Source: Chiloscyllium plagiosum (taxonomy: Eukaryota). Taken from it: a DNA stretch of 43,961 bases. Shown piece by piece: positions 36,351-43,961 of the stretch. The translations under genes and the position numbers were made by a program. Numbering within the stretch: position 1 is the first letter of the stretch; each line of letters starts with the position of its first letter. The notes under the pieces are model-generated. The model ran no database searches and was not told where the DNA came from. It saw nothing but the letters and a program-made list of their open reading frames with translations. The stretch is taken from positions 33,813,851 to 33,857,811 of the forward strand of contig NC_057718.1 in the NCBI RefSeq assembly GCF_004010195.1, in the 5' to 3' direction.

Positions 36351-37374
36351 TTGAGTGTGAAGATGTAATCAGTAGGAGATATCCAACTGGCAGAATCTTT
36401 GCAGAGTTGACTGGATGAATTTTGCTTTTGTTGTATCAGATGCCAAAGTTGAAGCCAGCTGTTATATCCAATTTTATTCATATTAGACTCTTGCTTGCAT
36501 TTGGATACAATTGAGGGACTTCTAGACCATATCAGTTAAAAGTCGCCTATTTATAACTCTAGGTTCATAACAAGTTGGCCACTCCAGGTAAGATTGGCAG
36601 ATTTCTCTCCCTGAAGGAGGTTCACAGGGATATTGCTTTCAAAGTTAATACGTTTAAATTAAAGACCATCATAGTACATTAACCCTCTGTGGATTTCATT
36701 ACAAATTGTAATCACCTTTAGCTTGTAAACCACACGCACTTTTGTGTGTCTTTCAAGTTAATTTTGAGAAAATGCTGAAGAGTTGTCACATACCTGTCAG
36801 CTGCCAAGGTTAGAATTTTATTAAATTAAGCATATGCTGTCAGTGGAGCCAATAACTTGTTGTTTTGCTTTCATTTATTCAGGCACTTCATTTACTGCGA
36901 TCTTTCTTTGACACAAAACAAAGGATGAATTCAAGCCTTCCCAAAGAGTTGCATGACATCATAGGTTGCACCAGGGCCAAAATATGGTTGGCAACTCAGT
37001 AAGTTTGAATTTTATTCCAAGTCAGTACTAAATTAGGAGTAATTTATTCAGTTTTTTTAAAGTCAATATATTTAAATTTTCCTGTTAAAATTTAAAGATG
37101 GTTGTGTTTTTTTTGTGAATTCTCACATCTGTCCAAGTGTTGGCAGATTTAATGGTACAATTTATTTTTTCCTTTCATGGCTTTTATCCAATTGCCATGG
37201 TTTACACCCAGAATGGAAAGCCATTTCTTTAGATCTTTAGTTTTGTGAAGTTCTTGGCAAAACTGCCCGCAAATTATTTCACTATTAAGGTAAAATAACA
37301 AGTGTTCAATCTCTGCCAATAAACATTGGAAGTAATTTTTACAATCTTGATTCTTCATTTTCTACTTCTATACT

Positions 37375-38350
37375 AACAACAACTTGCATTTATATAGCAA
37401 AATGAATGTAGTAAAACCTCCCATGACAGTTTGCAGGAACAATTATCAAACAAACTTTGCTGAGCTACTTGAGGTGTTGAGATAAGTAAGCAACAGCTTG
37501 TTCAACAGCTAGGCTTTAAAGGAGGAGAATGAACTATGGAAACAGATTCAGGGAGAAAATTCCAGGGCTTAGATTCTAAGCAGTTGCTGATAGCCTGGCT
37601 GCCATTGATGGAGTTAAAGAAAATTAGGAGTGTGCAAGAGGCCAGAATTGAAAGTCACAGATATCTCAGAGGGTTGTATACCTTAAGGAAGTTAAATAAA
37701 TAGGGATAGGCAATGCAAAAGAGGGATTTTGAAAACAAGGAAGAGAATTTCAAAATTGAGATGGGAGCTACTTGAAGACCACAAGACATGGGCGAAATGG
37801 CATATTTCGACTCCTGTCGAGTCTGTTCTGTCATTCAGTGCGATCATGGCTGACATGATGATCCTCAACTCTACTTTCTTTCCTATTCCCCATAACCCTT
37901 GATTCCTGTACTGATTTTAAAAAAAGTCTGACTCAGCCTTGGATATCCTTTATAACCCAGCTCCAACAGCTCTGCAGTAAAAGATTCCCCAGATGTCTGA
38001 GAGAATAAACACTGCCTCATCTGTTTTAAATGGGTGATTCTTAATTCTGAGATTATATCCTCTGGACTCTCTCAAGGGGAAATAACATCTACCCTATCAA
38101 GCTCCCTAAGAATTTTTTGTTTTTCTTCTAACCTCCAATTAGTACCGGCCGAACCGACTCAGTTTCTTTTCGGAAGCATATTCACTGTAGGTTAGTGAGC
38201 ACAGATAGTGTGTAAAAGAGGCTTGGCGCAAGGTATGGTAATAGAGATTTGGACAACGTTAAATGTACAGAAGATGCAATTGGGAGGCCAGGCATAAGAA
38301 TGTTGCAATAGTGTCGAGAGAATGAAAGGCACAGATGAGGGTTTGAACAA
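37375..38350 (-). mobile_element. Old L2 3' end interrupted by a CR1 3' fragment
   Basis: aacaacaacttgcatttatatagc tail; ORF 38192-38374 FKPSSVPFILSTLLQHSYAWPP is an off-frame remnant of ETLIHAF..YSNxLLAGLP. Confidence 0.75.
37775..38180 (-). mobile_element. Old CR1 3' end nested in L2
   Basis: gaccacaagacat tail; attcagtgcgatcatggctga; ttaattctgagattat; parallels 17515-17940. Confidence 0.75.
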
Positions 38351-39984
38351 CCAATTAGTTACGGCAAGCAACACAAGTAGTCAATAATGTTTAAATATAA
38401 AAATTGTTTAATATTTTAAAACCAAGTACAGTTTTTTAATCCATCCACACTTTTAAAAAAAAACTAAAAACAATTTTCTTGAGAAAAATCTGTTTAAAAA
38501 TAAGTACCTTAAAAGAAAAGTTTTTCTGAGTGAGATAATTGGAATATAATTATGCAAAAAGTTCACATTTGGCTCAGCTAAACTTAAATTATTGCTGCAT
38601 GTTATTGTTTGATTTTGACCCTAATAACAAGCAACTTAATTTTCCAAAGGGGTGATTTGCTGATTTTTCACAGCATACATCTTTTCACCACATTTAAATT
38701 GGATTTTACTACATTTTACTGTTTACATTATGTATCTTTTTATAGTCCCTTCTATTACGCAGGTGTGTACTTTTTTTCTAGCTAGTCAATGCCAATGCTT
38801 TCATTTACATTGTTAACCTAATTTTTGGCTTATGCCAAGATACTGTGATCTCCATGTTTTTGTTGATGGGACAAGTGAAGTGAGCATAAGTCAAGTGCAA
38901 AAAGGAATTTGTTAAAAGGATTCAGTCCTTTTAAAATTCTGAAAATTACAAATACAGAATTCCTATAATAGTGGTTTCAGGATTTGATGCAAGTCTGAAT
39001 CTAGGAAGATTCTGATAATACGTGTAACAACAATAAAATACTATCAATTGTGGAAGAGTCTCAGTCACATGATTACCCAGTCATCGAACAGTTACACACG
39101 AATGACTGTAGAAAACCAGTGCAACGAGCGAACATCTCAAATGCATCCTGAATACAACACAAGGGCAAAAGACTGCATTCCAGCATAGTACACTATAACT
39201 TGTCACTGCAAGTACATGGAGTCATAGAGATGTACAGCACGGAAACAGACCCTTCGGTCCAACCCGTCCATACCGACCAGATATCTCAACCCAATCTAGT
39301 CCCACCTGCCAGCACCCGGCCCATATCCCTCCAAACCTTTCCTATTCATATACCCATCCAAATACCTCTTAAATGTTGCAATTGTATCTGCCTCCACCAC
39401 TTCCTCTGGGAGCTCATTCCATACCCGTACCACCTTTTGTGAAAAAGTTGCTCCTTAGGTCTCTTTTATATCTTTCCCCTCTCACCCTAAACCTATGTTC
39501 TCTCGTTCTGGACTCCCCGACCCCAGGGAAAAGACTTTGCCTATTTACTCTATCCATGCCCCTCATAATTTTATAAACCTCTATAAGATCACCCCTCAGC
39601 CCCTGATGCTCCAGCGAAAACAGCCCCAGCCTGTTCAGCCTCTCCCAAATCCTCCAACCCTGGCAACATCCTTGTAAACCTTTTCTGAACCCTTTCAAGT
39701 TTCACAACATCTTTCCAATAGGAAGGAGACCAGAATTGCACGCAATATTCCAACAGTGGCCTAACTAATGTCCTGTACAGCCGCAACATGACGTCCCAAC
39801 TACTATACTCAATACTCTGATCAATAAAAGAAAGCATAGCAAACGCCGCCTTCATTATCCTGTCTACCTGCGACTTTTCTTTCAAGGAGCTATGAACCTG
39901 CACTCCAAGGCCACAAAATGCAGCACCTTGCATTTATCTGAATTAAACTCCATCTGCCACTTCTCAGCCCATTGGCCCATCTGG

Positions 39985-40872
39985 TCAAGATCCTGTTGTA
40001 ATGTGAGGTAACCTCTTCTTTACACCTCTAATTTTGGTGTCATCTGCAAATTTACTAACTGTACCGCTTATGCTCGCATCCAAATCATTTATGTAAATGA
40101 CAAAAAGTAGAGGACCCAGCACCGATCCTTGTGGCACTCCACTGGTCACAAGCCTCCAGTCTGAAAAACAACCCTTCACCGCCATTCTCTGTCTTCTACC
40201 TTTGAGCCAGTTCTGTATCCAAATGGCTAGTTCTTCCTGTATTCCATGAGATCTAACCTTGCTGATCAGTCTCCCATGGGGAACCTTGTTGAACGCCTTA
40301 CTGAAGTCCATATAGATCACATCTACCGCTCTGCTCTCATCAATCCTCTTTGTTACTTCTTCAAAAAACTCAATCAAGTTTGAGAGACATGATTTCCCAC
40401 ACACAAAGCCATGTTGACTATCCATAATCAGTCTTTGCCTTTCCAAATACATGTCCATCCTGTCCCTCAGGATTTCCTCCAACAACTTGCCCACCATTGA
40501 GGTCAGGCTCACTGATCTATAGTTCCCTGGCTTGTCCTTACCACCCTTCTTAAACAGTGGCACCATGTTAGCCAACCTCCAGTCTTCCGGCACCTCACCT
40601 GTGACTATCGATGATACAAATATCTCAGCAAGAGGCCCAGCAATCACTTCTCTAGCTTCCCACAGAGTTCTTGGGTACACCTGATCAGGTCCTGGGGGTT
40701 TATCCACTTTTACCCATTCCAAGACATCCAGCACTTTCTCCTCTGTAACCTGGACATTTTGCAAGATGTCACCATCTATCTCCCTACAGTCTATATCTTC
40801 CATGTCCTTTTCCACAGCAAATACTGATGCAAAATACTCATTTAGTATCTCCCCCATTTTCTGCGGCTCCAC
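39985..40872 (-). pseudogene. CR1 ORF2 reverse transcriptase core (295-aa open stretch in a frameshifted ORF)
   Basis: [40 protein letters not shown] motifs. Confidence 0.95.
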
Positions 40873-42149
40873 ACAAAGGCCGTCTTGCTGATCTTTGAGG
40901 GGCCCTATTCTCTGCCTAGGTACCGTTATGTCATTAATGTATTTGTAAAAACCCTTTGGAATCTCCTTAATTCTATTTGCAAAGCTGTTTCATGTCCCTT
41001 TTTTGCCCTCCTGATTTCCCTCATAAGTATACTCCTACTTCCTTTATACTCTTCTAAGGATTCACTCGATCTATCATGCCCATACCTTACATATGCTTCC
41101 TTCTTTTTCTTAACCAAACCCTCAATTTCTTTAGTCATCCAACATTCCCTATATCTACCAGCCTTTCCTTTCACCCTAACAGGAATATACTTTGTCTGGA
41201 TTCTCATTATCTCATTTCAGAAGGCTTCCCATTTTCCAGCCGTCTCTTTACCTGTGAACATCTGCCCCCCAATCAGCTTTCGAAAGTTCTTGTCTAATAC
41301 CATCAAAATTGGTCTTTTTCCAGTTTAGAACTTCAACTTTTAGATCTGGTCTATCCTTTTCCATCACTATTTTAATTATGGTCGCTGGTCCCAAAGTGCT
41401 CCCCCACTGACACCTCAGTCACCTGCCCTGCCTTATTTCCCAAGAGTAGGTCAAGTTTTGCACCTTCTCTAGTAGGTGCATCCACATACTGAATCAGAAA
41501 AGTTTCTTGTACATACTTAACAAATTCCTCTCCATCTAAACCCTTAACACTATAGCAGTCTCAGCCCATGTTTGGCAAGTTAAAATCCCCTTCCATAACC
41601 ACCCTATTATTCTTACAGATAGCTGAAATCTCCTTACAAGTTTGTTTCTCAATTTCTCTCTGACTGTTAGGGGGTGTCTAATACAATCCCAATAAGGTGA
41701 TCATCCCTTTCTTATTTCTCAGTACCACCTAAAATAACTTCCCTGGATGTATTTCCGCGAATATCCTCCCTCAATACAGCTGTACTGTTATCCCTTATCA
41801 AAAATGCCACTCCCCCTCCTCTCTCGCCTCCCTTTCTATCCTTCTTGTAGCATTTGTATCCTGGAACATTAAGCTGCCAGTCCTGTCCATTCCTGAGCCA
41901 TGTTTCTGTAATTGCTATGATATCCCAGTCCCATGTTCCTAACCGTGCTCTGAGTTCATCTGCTTTCCTGGTTAGGCCTCGTGTATTGAAGTAAATGCAG
42001 TTTAATTTATTAGTCCTCCCTTGTCCCTGCTTGCCCTGACTGTTTGACTCGCTTCTATTCTCAACTGTACCAGTCTCAGATTGATCTCTTTCCCCACTAT
42101 CTCCCTGGGTCCCAAACCCCCCCCCCCCCCCCCCCACACCACCTTACTA

Positions 42150-43085
42150 GTTTAAATCCTCCCGAGCAGCTCTTAACAAATTTCCCTGCCAGTATATTGT
42201 TCCCTTTCCAATTTAGGTGCAATCCATTCTTCTTGTACGGGTCACTTCTACCCTAAAAGAGATTCCAATGATCCAAAAATGTGAATCCTTCTCCCATACA
42301 CCAGTTCCTCAGCCATGCATTCATCTGCTCTATCTTCCTATTCCCGCCCTCACTAGCTCGTAGCACCGGGAGTAATCCAGACATTACTACTCTCGAGGAC
42401 CTCCTTTTTAAATTTCTGCCTAGCTCTCTCTAATCTCCCTTCAGAATCTCAACCTTTTCCCTTCCTGTGTCGTTGGTTCCAATGTGGACAATAACCTCTT
42501 GCTGGCCCCTCTCCCCCATGAGATCATTCTGCACCCTCTCTGAGACATCCTTGATCCTGGCACCAGGGAAGCAACACACCATTCTGATTTTAAACTGCTG
42601 GCCACAGAAATGTCTGTCTGTACCTCCTGACTACAGAATCCCGTAACACAATTGATCTCTCGGAAGCTGACTTACCCCTCGTTGCATTCAAGCCAGTCTC
42701 AATTCCAGAAACTTGGCTGTTCGTGCGATGTTCCCCTGAGAATCCATCACCCCCTACATTTTCCAAAACAGCATACCTGTTTGAAATGGGTATATCCACA
42801 AAAGACTCCTGCACTGGTGCCTACCTCTCTTACCTTTCCTGGAGTTAACCCATCTATGTGACTGTATCGGAGACTTTCCCCTCTTCCTATAACTGCCATC
42901 CATCACATACTGTTGCTGTTGGAAACTCCTCATCGCTTCTATCTGTCTCTCCAACCGATCCATTTGATCTGATAAGATTTGCATCCAACAGTATTTATGG
43001 CAGATATAATCCGCAGTAACCCTTAAACTCTCTTTAAACTCCCACATCTGACAAGAAGTACACGTCACTGTACTAAAGGCCAGTT
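42150..43085 (-). pseudogene. CR1 ORF1 remnant (Cys-rich N-terminus, coiled coil, SGNH-esterase-like domain)
   Basis: ORFs 42754-43140 and 42590-42814 plus downstream HIGTND; broken by frameshifts. Confidence 0.85.
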
Positions 43086-43274
43086 TTGCTCTTTCATAAT
43101 CTACAGACCCAGAAAATAACTCTATTCCTCTACAAAACACTGCCCCAGATTAAATTAATAGTTATGGCTTATATTTTAAGTTTAATCAAGAGACATATTT
43201 CCAAAAACATATAATCAAGATAGAACCCACTCTGATCACTACTGCCGCCTTTCTGTTGGACACACTTAAAACAA

Positions 43275-43961
43275 CAACCAAAATGGACCCGTTGGTTCTG
43301 GCAGCAGACACAGAGGAGTTCATCAGACGAATGAGACTCCGGGAATTCTTTCAAGGTGCCGGCAGTGATCCCACTGAGCCCATTGGTGAACTAGAACAGT
43401 CATCACAGGGATCTGTAGAGGAGCGACCAAAGAAGGTGTCAACATGGACCCCACCGGAGGGCCGCTGCCCTGGGCTTGACATGTATGCTCAAACTGTCAG
43501 GAAATATATAAATGCCAGATTCATCAGCCGTACCCATAAGGTAGAGCAAAACATCACCCGTTCCCAATGCAATGCCATCCAGGCTCTCAAAATCAATCAC
43601 AACATTGTCATCAAACCAGCAGATAAAGGAGGAGCCATTGTCATTCAGAATAGAACAGATTACGGCAAGGAAGTGTACCGACAACTGAACAACCAGGAAC
43701 AACTACAAGCAACTACCAGCTGATCCGACCAAAGAACACACCCGAGAATCAAACACACTGATCAGAACTTTGGATCCAGTCCTTCAGAGTTCCCTACGCG
43801 CCTTCATCCCACGTACTTCTCGTGTAGGTGACTTCTACTGCCTTCCAAAGGTACACAAAGCCAACACACCGGGACGTCCCATCGTGTCGGGCAATGGGAC
43901 CCTATGTGAGAATCTCTCTCGCTATGTGAAAGGCATCTTGAAACCTATTGTACAGGGGATC
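43275..43961 (+). mobile_element. Penelope-like element ORF, N-terminal domain and start of RT (runs off the window)
   Basis: FIRRMRLREFF, STWTPP, IVIKPADKGGAIV, then after a frameshift near 43700 FYCLPKVHKANTPGRPIVSG. Confidence 0.95.

Larger units (their letters stand above)
39215..43277 (-). mobile_element. Near-full-length decayed CR1 LINE (5'UTR, ORF1, ORF2 EN-RT, 3' tail)
   Basis: ORF1 [110 protein letters not shown]; gagtcata tail. Confidence 0.97.

Noticed and set aside
40885..41328. 147-aa hydrophobic ORF (and 29283-29672, 34054-34389, 6686-7036)
   Set aside because: Antisense translations of CR1 ORF2
1..43961. CRISPR array, operon or prokaryotic RT/defence system
   Set aside because: No regularly spaced repeat-spacer array; all RT and nuclease motifs belong to eukaryotic CR1, L2 or Penelope elements

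Overview
Repeat-rich, AT-rich vertebrate genomic DNA, very probably from a cartilaginous fish (shark). This is inferred from HE1/V-type tRNA SINEs, CR1 LINEs with (TATGACTC)n tails and Deu-type SINE remnants. No host gene can be established; the window looks intronic or intergenic. Nearly all long ORFs in the track are decayed retroelement pieces or their antisense shadows. Main content: many CR1 and L2 LINE fragments, including one near-full-length decayed CR1 at about 39.2-43.3 kb (minus), several SINEs, one Tigger/pogo-like MITE, and many Penelope-like element (PLE) sequences. The most notable signal is two families of short PLE-terminal repeats carrying minimal type I hammerhead ribozyme cores (CUGANGA-helix II-GAAA-palindromic helix III). 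They occur as TSD-flanked units of about 130 bp, as back-to-back palindromes, and in a nested PLE cluster at 31.5-33.35 kb. Repeat family names come from motif recognition by eye, not database searches. Boundaries of old elements are approximate.
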